From: Patescibacteria group bacterium
GTDB taxonomy: Bacteria; Patescibacteriota; Patescibacteriia; UBA10025; JAHIVO01
Length of the DNA: 64,000 nucleotides
Reading direction: 5' to 3'
NCBI GenBank assembly: GCA_041660605.1
Contig: JBAZWB010000001.1
Coordinates: 137,295-201,294, forward strand
Position numbers and translations under genes: made by a program. The notes beneath the pieces were generated by a model, which saw only the letters and a list, made by a program, of their open reading frames with translations, ran no database searches and was not told where the DNA came from. Of this stretch, positions 30,078-42,300 are shown piece after piece; the stretch's first letter is position 1; each line of letters begins with the position of its first letter.

Positions 30078-30126
30078 GGAGAGGTCGCCCCGCCTCCGTA
30101 AAAACTCCGGCGGGGCAGGCATAGTG
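30078..30126 (+). pseudogene. tRNA-Ser 5'-end remnant interrupted by a palindrome
   Basis: GGAGAGGTCG[ccccgcc..ggcggggcagg, 30088-30119]CATAGTG matches the tRNA-Ser 5' end. Confidence 0.65.
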
Positions 30127-30145
30127 TAATATATTTCATCAGAAT

Positions 30146-30497
30146 GGAGGGATCGCATAGTTGGTCTAGTGCGCACGCCCCGAAGAATACTCGCTTCGCT
30201 CGTATCTACGGGGTAAACTTGGAAAGTAGTTTTTAAAAAAGCAGATATTATTTATTGGGCTCGGAGCGGAAGGGTCGCATAGTTGGTCTAGTGCGCTTGC
30301 TTGGAAAGCAAGTAAAGGCCAAAAGCCTTTCGCGAGTTCGAATCTCGCCCCTTCCGCTCCGGATCTTATTAGATAGTATAGTTGGTTTTAAGTTCGCCAC
30401 GTCATCCTGTCATCCGACAGGACATATCCGACGTGGCGCCCCGAGTTTATCTTGGGGCGAATCTTTACCCCGCTGAATAGCGGGGCCTTTCCCTCCG
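30146..30497 (+). pseudogene. Outer tRNA-Ser(GGA) split by palindromes and by the nested intact tRNA
   Basis: 5' half GGAGGGATCGCATAGTTGGTCTAGTGCGCACG[30178-30217]CTTGGAAAG; 3' end TT[30395-30457]CGAATC[30464-30485]CCTTTCCCTCCG whose TCCCTCC pairs with GGAGGGA. Confidence 0.75.
30268..30356 (+). tRNA. tRNA-Ser(GGA), intact, CCA not encoded
   Basis: GGAAGGG/CCCTTCC acceptor, CTTGC-TTGGAAA-GCAAG anticodon arm, long variable arm, GCGAG-TTCGAAT-CTCGC, G73. Confidence 0.96.
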
Positions 30498-30750
30498 TTC
30501 TGATGAAGTAAACCGCAGGTTTGAATCTTACAACAATAATTTGATTTATGCGAAATTAAATCATTTTAATCATTATAGCCGCAATGATTTTAGAAGCTTT
30601 AGTGTTAACCGTGATTATATTTTCAGACACCTCTTACGTGATCCAAATTATTGAATCAAAAGAAGAATACAAAGAACTCTCAATTCCAAACAGTGGTTAT
30701 CTTTAAGAATAGCCGGCAAGTTTTAGTTAAAAAAATATTTTTTTCTAATT

Positions 30751-30779
30751 TTGACACTAATCTTATAAAAAACTATAAT
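30751..30779 (+). promoter_or_regulatory. Consensus sigma70 promoter
   Basis: TTGACA-17-TATAAT. Confidence 0.75.
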
Positions 30780-30889
30780 TAAAGCACGTAATCCTTAATA
30801 AAATAGCGGATCAGAGCAAAACCGATATTGCATTATAATATGACATGAAAAGCGCTGAAAAAAAGTTACAAAATATTTAATCAACAAAT

Positions 30890-32905
30890 ATGAATGAGAA
30901 TTTTAAGGCGATAGAGGACTGGATAGCGCAAGCCCGCACTGCCGGTCTTTCTGACAATCAAATTTCAGATCAGCTTCGCAACAGCGGCTGGCAGGAAAGC
31001 CAAATTGCACAATTTATCAAGAATGAAGTTTCCGGAGTTTCTCACCCGGGCACACCCGCCCGAGATTACACTTTCCCAGTGAAGGGTATGAAAAATGTCG
31101 GCACTTCTGCGACGGAACTAAGGCAAAAGCCCTGGCTTTTACGGCACACCGCGTTATTATTCGGGGTGCTTGGGGGCATTCTCATCATTGGCGGTACTGC
31201 CTTTGCCGCGGTACAAGGATATATTCAAATTCCATTTATTTCTAATAGCAATAAACTGCTGACCCAGGCAATAAAACGCCTGGAAACCGTGGAAAGCGGC
31301 GAATTCGGCATTGTTTTCAGCATTGCTACTGAACCGCGCACTCCAGATGCAGTTCCATGGCCAAAAAATTCGAATATAGATGAGGGTATGGATGATTTTT
31401 CCCTAGATTTTACTGATATGATCCCGGCCGATGTCGCGCTTGAAGGCGTCATCACCACATTTATGAATACAGATTCCGCTGATTTGCAGAAACTCCGCGG
31501 CATTCTTACAGCAAAGGGCTCTTACCGCAGCTCAGGTACGACAATGAGCATGGACTTAGAGGCAAGGATCGTTGATGGACTGGGCTACCTTCTCGTGCGG
31601 CAATTTCCCGCCCTTCCTTTTGTGGATACCAGTCCATTCGTTGGAAAGTGGATATCACTGAATACAAAGGGGGATTCAACTGCGGATGATTTTCTTAGCG
31701 CCTATACGCCTGATAATGTAAATGTGTCAGAGGAATCAAAAAAGGTAAAAATTGAGGCAGCAGCTATTTTCCGGCTAGCGCTCTCCACGAAGGCTCTCTC
31801 TGCCGCAAACAGCGGTAGCGAGAAGCTGGACGGGCACGCTACGAAAAAAATTACCCTGACGATTAACCCTGAAAAAATTCCTGCGTTCCTGGCGGCTTAC
31901 CGTGATGATGCTGACAAGCGAGGCGTCTCCACGGCGTATGTCGATGAAACCCTGCAAGAATTAAAAGATCCGAAATACCTCGAACTTATCCGGGCAATGG
32001 CGAGCAACCTGCGCATTACAGTCTGGATCGACAGTGCGGATCATACTCCCCGAAAAGCCGAGTACTCGCAAATTATAGTACCAGATGAGACTGCCACGAA
32101 CTTCAAGGATAAACAGATCCATGCGACATTTGGATTCACGCTTGATCATGTCAATGAACAGCCTAACGTCGAAGCGCCAAAGGACGCTGTTACGCTTGAA
32201 ACAGTTCTTGAGCCGGTGTTAGCTGGACCTCGCGCTAAGTCCCGGAACGCACAGCGCAAATCCGATATTGGACAATTGAGGACCGCGCTTATTCTGTATT
32301 ATGATGATAATACCCACTACCCAAAAGATATAAATGAGGTGGCCGAAAAACCAAATCAGACTATCAGCCAGATGCCTGTCCCGCCATTGCCAAATGAGAT
32401 ATATGCGTACACTCCCACAGAAGACCTTTCGGGTTTTACTATCTGTGCAACTCTCGAGGATGTAGGGGAGGGCGCAGGGAAATACTGTTATGACCAGGCC
32501 GGAATTTTAACAGAAACTCCCGGAAACTCATTGGCTGGCCCGACGGATTTATTTTCTGAGCCAGGGCAAAGAAATGAAAAACGATTAGCAGACCTAAAAA
32601 AACTTCGGGAAGGGGTTTTGCTTTTCTATGATTATGAAAATCAAATGCCAAAATCATATACGGATCTGCTGAGGCATACCCCGCCTGTTATTGAGGGCGT
32701 CGCGCCGCCAGTACAAGGTGAAATGTATAAATACACCCTGTTAGATGGCGTAAAACGGGACTTCAGCGTATGCGCGGATTTTGAAAACTCAGTAGAATAT
32801 GAAGCTGGTCAGTATTGCTTTGAAACCGCAAAACCGAATGCCCTTATCCAAAAAGGCGTAAATGGCGGCATTGACATTGAAATTGTGGGTGATTATAACA
32901 GCTAG
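30890..32905 (+). CDS. Membrane-anchored protein with two C-terminal pseudopilin(GspG)-like domains
   Basis: One TM (aa ~88-108); RAKSRNAQRKSDIGQLRTALILYYDDNTHYP and RNEKRLADLKKLREGVLLFY, each followed by a Cys pair. Confidence 0.7.
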   Translation: MNENFKAIEDWIAQARTAGLSDNQISDQLRNSGWQESQIAQFIKNEVSGVSHPGTPARDYTFPVKGMKNVGTSATELRQKPWLLRHTALLFGVLGGILIIGGTAFAAVQGYIQIPFISNSNKLLTQAIKRLETVESGEFGIVFSIATEPRTPDAVPWPKNSNIDEGMDDFSLDFTDMIPADVALEGVITTFMNTDSADLQKLRGILTAKGSYRSSGTTMSMDLEARIVDGLGYLLVRQFPALPFVDTSPFVGKWISLNTKGDSTADDFLSAYTPDNVNVSEESKKVKIEAAAIFRLALSTKALSAANSGSEKLDGHATKKITLTINPEKIPAFLAAYRDDADKRGVSTAYVDETLQELKDPKYLELIRAMASNLRITVWIDSADHTPRKAEYSQIIVPDETATNFKDKQIHATFGFTLDHVNEQPNVEAPKDAVTLETVLEPVLAGPRAKSRNAQRKSDIGQLRTALILYYDDNTHYPKDINEVAEKPNQTISQMPVPPLPNEIYAYTPTEDLSGFTICATLEDVGEGAGKYCYDQAGILTETPGNSLAGPTDLFSEPGQRNEKRLADLKKLREGVLLFYDYENQMPKSYTDLLRHTPPVIEGVAPPVQGEMYKYTLLDGVKRDFSVCADFENSVEYEAGQYCFETAKPNALIQKGVNGGIDIEIVGDYNS

Positions 32906-33378
32906 TAATGTTCATGATCAGCGCCGATTAATTGTCTGGCAACAGTCCAGTATCTTCTGAAACAAATGACGGATCAGGGTTATTATTAGTATAATTTCTC
33001 ACCTTCAGTTGGGCTGTATACTGGAAATAAAAATAATTCAAGAGGGCGGGGCATTTACGCCTGGCTAGAGTTTTTGAGTTTTCTTAATGCGCATAAAAAT
33101 ATTTATCATATTCTGACTAATGAATTTTATTATATTTTTTATAGAGCAATAGCGGGATACCCTATAAGCCGTAATTAAAAGATAGTTTTCCGTGATAAGA
33201 CTGGACAAGTCGCTGCTTTTTTGGTATACTTATGGTAGTATTGTTGTTAAGTTAATGGTATTTTTTAGCTTAGATTAGTAAAAATAATAATAAAAAAGTC
33301 TGATATCATAGCCTTCTGGGAAATCAAAGCAGTCTATTCTAGACAAAAAAAGAAGCGTTATTATTAGGCAGAAGCGTT

Positions 33379-36300
33379 GTGACTTTACAACGATTTTTCA
33401 ACAAAAACACGCCTAATTGGCTGACAAAACCAAAAAGGGGTAATAGGGGGAAAGAAATTGATTTTAAAAGCTATCCTGCGTTACTCACCATTGAGCAGGT
33501 TGGTGAGATTTTTAATATTCACGCAAACACCGTACGCAATTGGGACCGAACAGGCAAGCTTAAGGCGGTGAGAATGGGCAGCAGGCGTGACAGACGCTAT
33601 CCAAAAGAAATGGTGCAAAAAATATATCTGGAAATGCACCCAAAGGAAACGGAAGATAAAAAGGAATCAAACGAAAAGACAGCTTTACCTGCTCCGGAAG
33701 TCAGCAAATACATAATTCAACCCGGTTTTTCTTTTAATAAAATACGCCTGCTGTTAATCAGCAAGCGGTTTACTGTTTTTGTTTACTCCGTAATCATGGT
33801 GGCCGTAGCTTTTGTAACTGTTCAGGTTTCCTTTTTTGCTTATGTTTATACTATTCGTGCCGAGGAAAAGCCTCCGGAAGAATATACTCTGACCATTAAT
33901 CCTACTGTGGTAAAAGGCTGGCAAAATCCGGATAAGGCAAAAGAGATTGAAACCAAGACGAATTCTCCCATAAGTGATTTTACGGAAAAAAATGCCGCGA
34001 TTTTTCACAATAAGCCGGTAGTGTCGCCGACTGAAGCGCCAGCTGTCCCAATAAAAGCGGAAGAAGTTTTGCCGGCGGCTAACACTAACCATGAGACTAT
34101 AACTGACACCAATGTAAATATAAACACCGCTGTCCCACCCCCCAGTCCAGAGCCACCGCCAGCCAATTCTAATCTGAATCAGGCAGTCACGCCGGCCAAT
34201 ACCAATGTTAATGTAAATACAAATACCAACAGCAATAGCAATGCTAATGCGAATACTAATTCTGAGAGCGTTAACACTAATAGTGAGAATACCAATACCA
34301 ACTTAAATTCCAATTCCAACGCTAATACGGGGGTGGAATCTGATCTGAATGCAAATACTAATACCTCCGTACCTGTTGAGGGACAGCCGCAGGTTAAAGT
34401 TTTAGGCGAGGAAACCAGCCAGGTAGGCGAGGTAATAGAAACGGCGCAGGAGAATATTTTTGAAGCCAGCGGCTATGCCTTTCCCGATACGGTACCGGAA
34501 TTGGCGAAATTAAAAAGCGTGAAAATAATATACTCCCTGGCCGCTGATACTTATCCGGACAACGAGGACGTCATTACTTTGAGCTACTCCCTGGATAACG
34601 GGGATTCCTGGCAAACGGCGGATTCATTCGCCCTGCTGGATAATGTCAGTAACAGCACCCACGGCGGTTATTGGGAGGTATCTTTAAATAATATTGATAT
34701 AAAAGATTTTGCAAAGATCCGCGCACGCGTTTCTTATAACGCCGTACCTAGTGATAAAGACGCAAAAGCTTACCTCGATGGCATAATTCTGGAAGCGGTA
34801 GTCAAAAATCCTGAACCGGCCGTAGTTGAGATTCAAAACAGCGTTGAAATAGAAAAGACAGACGTCAAAATTGACGAGCAGCCGGTCGTCAGCGTGGCTG
34901 TCGAGCAGGAAAGTTTTTTCTCTTTTATTGGGGCAGCTTCACAGACGCGCGAAGTCAAGGACATTGAGCTGGTGGATCCTTCCGGTGAAGCTATCAAGGA
35001 GGTAAATTATGACCTGCAGGAAGTGCAGGAAGGAAAAACAATAAAAGCTGAATATGCGATTCAAACCGATAATTTTGACAAACCCGGACGCTATCAAGTA
35101 AAAATGCAGATAGAGCAGGACGGAGTTACCGAAGAAGTGACGCAGGAATTCAACTGGGGCGTATTGGCTATAAATCCCGACCAGTCTATTTACCAGGCGG
35201 GACAGCCAGCCATGCTCTCTATCGGCGTGCTGGATGAAACCGGAAATATGGTCTGCGACGCGGATGTCACCCTGGAGATTACCAATCCAGACGGAGAAGT
35301 GACCATAAAAAAAACCAGCGATGGCGGAATAACCGTCAGCCAGTACTGCACTTATAAAGGAGAATTCAAGGGTCCGGACTATTATACAGATTACATTCCG
35401 TCAGTCCCCGGTACTTATAAAATGAAATTATCGGCTACACATCACAGCGGCACCAATGTCATAAATGACAGTTTTGAAGCGCAATTATTCCCTGAATACA
35501 CCATCAAGCGGACCGGACCAACCCGCGTCTTCCCATATATTTATCAGCCTATGGTCCTGGAGGTAACTGCCCAAAAAGATTTTGAGGGAGAAATCACGGA
35601 AGTGGTGCCGGATGTTTTTGAAGTAAAAGACACCGATGACGCTCAGATGCGCAGGTTTACGAGCGGCACAGTAATATACAAGGAAATAGTTTGGCAGCGT
35701 GCTTTGGCCGCGGGGCAGACGATGAAATTAAGTTATAATTTCAAAACCCCGGAAAAAAGTCCGGCACTCTATTTCGTGGGTCCGGCCAGGGTAGGCGACT
35801 GGAATGAGGGGCGCGAGTGGCAGATGGCCATTGATGTGACTTATATGTACGTCCTGGCTAAGAACGCCTCTGCGCCGAGCGGATGGACTGACGATACGGC
35901 CACTTTTGATAATAAATATTTACGTGGCGCGGCGACGTTCAGCTCAACCGGTGGCGGTGCCGCGACGCACGCTCCCACGATCCACCATAATAATGTAAAT
36001 CCCTCCACTGATGCTGCTGGTACCACCTGTACACGCCGTTGCGGTGCCGTGGCGACTCTTGCCCATACTCATACGTCCAGTAACCCAACGATCGGTGATG
36101 CCAGTAATGATCCCGCTTATCACACTTTTTATGTCTGGAAAAACAATACCGGCGTCCCGGCCAATATCCCCCAGAATGCCTTTGGCTTTTTTGATGCCAA
36201 CCCGGGCGGTTCCTGGACACGACTTAGCGCGGCCGACAGCCGTTTAGTCAAACTGGACAATTCGCATACAACCGGCGGTACTGATACGCATTCACATACG

Positions 36301-39300
36301 GTCACCTGGCAGTCACTCGCTGCCGCCAGCGGTAGTTCAAGCTCGCTTGACCCTCTTTTAGGAGATGGTACTGCGGCTAGCGTACATGGGCATTTTGCGC
36401 CAGCGTTTGGATCCACGGATTCGCAAACATCCGTTCCCCAGTATGTGACGACCTTGATTTATGAGCAAACGAACGCCACTCCGCCAGCCATTCCGACCGG
36501 TTATATTGGATTGTTTGATGCCGATCCAGGCGCGGGCTGGACAGTGATTTCTGACGGTGCACTTGAGGACTACTACCAGAGATTTATCCGCGGCGATGCC
36601 ACGACTGAAGGTACCAAGGCCGGCGCAAATACAACCGACCACGCAGAAGTAACGAGCGGTGCTTCGGACGCGCCTGACACAAATGCGCTCGGCAGCGTTG
36701 GAACGGTTTATTCCGGCCCTAACCATACGCATACCATCACCACCGGCTTTAATACCGAGGACCATACGCCTTCGTATGTTGACTTTGTGGTAGCGCAATA
36801 CACTGGTGCATCATCGACAATCAATCTTTCCGGCGTGGCATATCAGGAAAATGAGAGCAGTCCGATTAACGGAAGTTCAGTCAATAAAACAGTAAATTTA
36901 CTGGTTAATGGAGCGGCCACTGCCTGCGGCGGAGCGGCCTGCACTGATGAAATAACGACGTCGGACGGCGCCTGGGCCATTACCGGCATAACAGCCGTGA
37001 GCGGTGACATTATCACCGTTTTCCTAAATGACGAGACGGAAGAAGGCACGACGGTATTTAAAAGCGACGGCGTGACCCAGACGAATATAAATATATTCCA
37101 AAACGCGGTTATCGTGCGCAATGATACCGGTACTTCCATTACTAATGCCAATCTTGAGAGCGGCGACCGGGATGCCGGCGATAATGATATTAAGTTTGAT
37201 GTTTCTTCCAGTAATGTCACGGTTGATTCCGGCTTTGAACTGCATGTCTGGACGGGCGATACGTATGACCCGGGAGGTACGGTCTCAACTAACGCGACTG
37301 GCGGCGACGTGCATGTGGATGACAGCGCTACAATATACTTCGATACTGCCACGAGCCAGGTCGGACTCGGAACCATAGTCGATGCCAGCGCGACGCTCAA
37401 CCTTGACGCGGCCACCACTTTTGGCGGCGATGTCACTATAAATTCTACCGGCACCTGGAATAACACAACTGCAAACCTGTCACTGACTATCCCAGGCAGT
37501 TTGCAGAATAATGGCACATTTAACGCCGGTACAGGCACCTATACTTTTAACGGAGCAACCAAGACATTCAGCGGCACGACCGCGACTACCATTCCTAGCG
37601 TGTCGGTTTCCGGCACATTGCAGAATAACGGTACTTTAACCGTCTCATCGGCATTGGCTGGCGGAGGCACCTTGACTAATGGCGCTACCGGCGCCTTGCA
37701 TATTGATGTGGCCGCCGCCAGTCTGACCTTAACAACTCTGACCGCCTCGGCTTCCGGCAATACGGTGGACTACGGCTATGCCGGTGCACAGACGGTAAAA
37801 GCTGTTACTTATCACCATCTATCCTTCAGTGGCAGCGGGGCCAAAACCTTGACCAGCTTAACTACGGTCAATGGTGATCTTACCTGGAGCGGCACGGCCA
37901 CCGGCACCAGCGCCTCTAGCCTGATTGTCGGCGGGAATCTGGTTATCAACGACACTGCCAATTTTTCCGCCGGTGCCGTGAACCTGACTGTCATGGGCAC
38001 CACGAGCATTACCGGTACGCTGACTTTTAATTCTAGCACTGGTACGAAGATACTGACCGGCGCCGTGACCATTAATGCCAATGGCACCTGGACTAATTCC
38101 GGCAATTCAGCTTTGTGGTTTAAAGGCGGGCTGACTAATAACAGCGCCAATACCTTCACCGCCGGCTCTGGTGCCTATGCTTTTTACACAAACGATCAGG
38201 CTATCGGCGGCACCAACGCCATCTCTATTCCCAATGTGAACGTTCCCACCATTACTTTGACTAATAACGGCACGCTCACCGTGACGACGCAGCTCACTGG
38301 TTCTGGAGGCATAACAAATTCCGCAACCGGCGCCCTTCATATTGATGCTGCCAGCTTTTCCTTGACCACCCTGACTGCCTCGGCCTCCGGCAATACCGTG
38401 GACTATGGCTATGCCGGCGTGCAAACTGTCCACGACAACACTTATCACCACCTGACCTTGAGCGGCAGCGGAGATAAGACAATGACTACGAATACGCGGA
38501 CTATCGGCGGCAATCTCACCTTGAGCGGTACGGCGACGGCGACTACCAATGCCTCAGGTACGACGACAGTGACCGGGGATGTTATTATCAATACCGGGAC
38601 GACGCTCACTGTGGCTGTAGCTTTTGTAGTCAATGGCGGTGATATTACGGGTGACGGTACGCTGACTTATACCGGTACGCCGATTATCTATCTCAATGGA
38701 ACCGGTAACCTTGGTGGCGCGACCGCCTGGACATTCTACAGTTTAAATTTAGCTGCCAGCGGTGGAACAGCGACGACGACGGCAATCGGTGCCGGACAAA
38801 TAACGATCGCGTCCACTCTGACGCTGGTCTACTATTATAATGCGGGAAACGACACGGAAAGTTTCCACCACCTGAACGCCGGGCCAAAGACCTGGACATT
38901 GAGCGGGTCGGGCACGCCATTCATTAAAAATGCAACATTTACGCCAGCTACCTCGACATTCATCTACTCAGGGACAGGGAGCACAAATATCACGGGGGCG
39001 ACCTACAATAACCTCACCTTGCAGCCTTCTTCTGGCACCCCGACCTATACTCTTGCAGATAGTACGGCGTACACAATTGGCGGTAACCTGGTCATGAGTT
39101 CAACCGCAAATTTAACAGTATCCGCTGGAACGTCCATAATTACCATGACTGGTACCTCCAATACCATCACCGGTGGCGGACAGACGATTTACGACCTGAC
39201 CATCAATCCTGCCACTGCCGGGACTATTACGTTGCAGACCTCCGGGCTGACGTTGACGCGCAATTTGATTGTTTCTAGCGGCGATATCTTCTCCGTTGGT

Positions 39301-42300
39301 GCCATCGCCCTGACTGTGACTGGTACTTCCACCATTACTGGTACGATCAATATTACCAGTGCTACTGGCACCAAGATATTTACCGGCCTGGTGACCGTCA
39401 GCACGACCACCGGTGTCTGGAATAATTCCGGCAATTCAGCCGTGACCTTCCGTGGCGGGATAACCAATAATAATACCTTCACCGCAGGCAGTGGCGTGCA
39501 TACCTTTGATACCAACAGCCAAGCCCTGACTGGAACCTTTTCCATCCCCAGCGTGACCGTGACCAGCCCTACCACCCTGACCAATGACGGCACGCTCACC
39601 ATATCAACGGCCCTGTCCGGAACTGGAGGCCTGACAAACAGTGCCACGGGCACATTGAATATCGGCGGCACGTCCGGTATCACCACGATTACTGCCTCAG
39701 CTTCCGGCAATACGGTGAACTATACCGGCGGCGTGCAGACCGTCCACATTAATACCTATCACCATCTAACCCTGAGCGGCAGTGGCGCGAAAACCATGAC
39801 CAGTGTACAAACAGTAAATGGAAATTTGACGCTCTCCGGTACGGTGACGGCAACTATCAGCTCCTCATTTGGCGTGGGGCTAGATGTAATTATCAATACA
39901 GGGACGACACTTACCGTAGCCGCTCAATTAATTGTTAGTGGCGGGGATATTACGGGTGACGGCACGATGACGTATACCGGAACGCCGACGGTCTATCTGA
40001 TCGGTACCGGTAGTTTCGGAGGCGCGAATGCCTGGAGCTTCTATAATTTGACTTTTGCTATCTCAAGTGGTGCAGCAACGACGACCACGGCAACCGGCGC
40101 CGGGCAAATAACGGTCGCCTCCGTCCTGGCATTGTCATATTGGTTCAATGGAGACAGTGATGTAAACCATTACTTGGATGCTGGCTCAAAGACATGGACG
40201 CTGTCAGGCAGCGGCACGCCGTTTCCTTATAACAGAGCTTATGCGCAATTAATTCCCAATGCCTCGACATTCATATACAGCGGAACAAGCGCGACGAATG
40301 TCCGGTACGCGCCCTACAATAACCTCACTCTGTCCGGCGCCGCGACCTATACCCAGTTGACAGGAGGCTGTACCGTGTCCGGCGCTTTGAATGTGGCTAA
40401 TGGCGCTACTTTTTCTATTCCTACTAGTATGACGGTAACAAATTCCGGGACATTCACGCTTAACACCTCTGGTACCGTGAGTGGGGCGGGAACCGTAAAA
40501 TTTACCAGTACTTCGGCTGGTCCGGGGACGGGCGGTACGCTTAGCGCGGTTGTCCAGTATGATTCATCAGGCGGAAGTATCGCCAGCACCACCTTTGACG
40601 CGCGCACCTACGTAGGGGCAGTGGATATTTATGGTAATAATTCCTCCAATTCAGTCACGGCGGCGTCTGGCACATACACGTTTTCGGGAAATTTAAGCAT
40701 TACGCAAGACGGCACCGGCACGACTACCCTGGATCTTAATACCAGCGATCCCACAGTCGGCGTTACCGGCACGACTACTATTGATGCCAGCACCATTCTC
40801 TCGGCTTCCAGCGCCAGCGCTATGTCCCTAGGCGATGATTTTACCAATAACGGCACTTTCACCCACAACAGCGGAAGCGTTGCTCTGACCACTACCGCCA
40901 CAGCGACTATCACGGGCAATACTACTTTCAATAACTTGTCAGTCAGCGGCATCGGCGCCGCCAAGACGATTACTTTCACCGCCAGTTCGGTCACGACAGT
41001 CGTCGGCACCTGGACTGTCACCGGTACGGCCGGTAATCTTATCACCCTCCAATCCTCCAGCTCGCCGACCCAGTGGACGATCAATCCGACCGTCGCTTCG
41101 GTTAGTTATGTTCAGGTATCGGATTCTAATAATACCGGTGTTGCTTTCTGCGCCACCTATTCCACTGATACGGGGGATAATAATACCAACTGGTCAGTCA
41201 GCTCCGGCGGCGTCTGCACTACTATCAATGTCTCCGGCACCATTTATACCGACGAGGGTTCCACTGTTTATAACTGCTCCAGTAACAATCTAACAGTCAG
41301 GATCAAGGTAAACGGCGTCGGTTCCTATTCAGCTGACTGTACGGCGGCTGGCGGCACCTTTGCTGTCAGTAACGTCTCCGTCGGCGCCATCAATGATGTT
41401 GTGACTGTCTTCCTGGACAACGAGACGCCCAATGCCGTTACCATTACTAAGACTGCTGACACTACGTCTAATCTTACTGATATTAATTTATATCAGAATA
41501 AGGCTATTGTCCGGCACGAAAGCGCATCGGCCATTACCAACGCTAACCTTGACCAATATGATTTTGCCAATGAAGGGAGTGACGGCGATATAGGTTTTAC
41601 CGTTACCACAAACAATATTACAGTTGCCTCCGGCTGGGAGCTGCATGTCTGGACCGGCAAGACATATAATCCGGGCGGTACGGTAGCGACCAACGCCACT
41701 GGCGGCGATCTGCATGTGGACGATTCCGGCGTCTTTACCACGGGCGGCACGACGACTGTCGGTGCAAACCTAGCCATTGATACCGGTGCTACCATGACTG
41801 CCGGCGCTTACGACCTGACCGTAACTGGCACGACGGGTATTACTGGCACCATGACCATATCATCTGCTACTGGCACGAAGATATTGACCGGCTCTGTGAC
41901 CGTAAATTCCGGCGGCACCTGGACGAATTCCGGCAATTCCAATGTGGAGTTCCAGGGTGGTTTGACTAATAACAGCGCCAATACATTTACCGCCGGCACC
42001 GGTGGCTATGCCTTTGATACGAATAGCCAGGCCATTGGCGGTACCAACGCCATTTCTATTCCCAGCGTGACTGTGACTGGCGTTACCCTAACCAATAACG
42101 GTACGCTCACGGTGACGACAGCATTGGCTGGCTCTGGTGGCATCACCAATGCAACAACCGGCGCGCTCCATATAGATGTCGCAGCGGCCAGCTTTACCCT
42201 GACCACGCTCACTGCTTCTGCCTCCGGCAATACCGTGGATTACGGCTATGCCGGTGCGCAGACCGTGAAGGCGACCACTTACCATCACTTGATCTTGAGC

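Noticed and set aside
30255-30476. 73-aa ORF
   Set aside because: Overlaps the intact tRNA-Ser.
30548-30706. Small hydrophobic ORF with TAA at codon 4
   Set aside because: Could be a pseudogene or start at a later ATG; too short to support without homologs.
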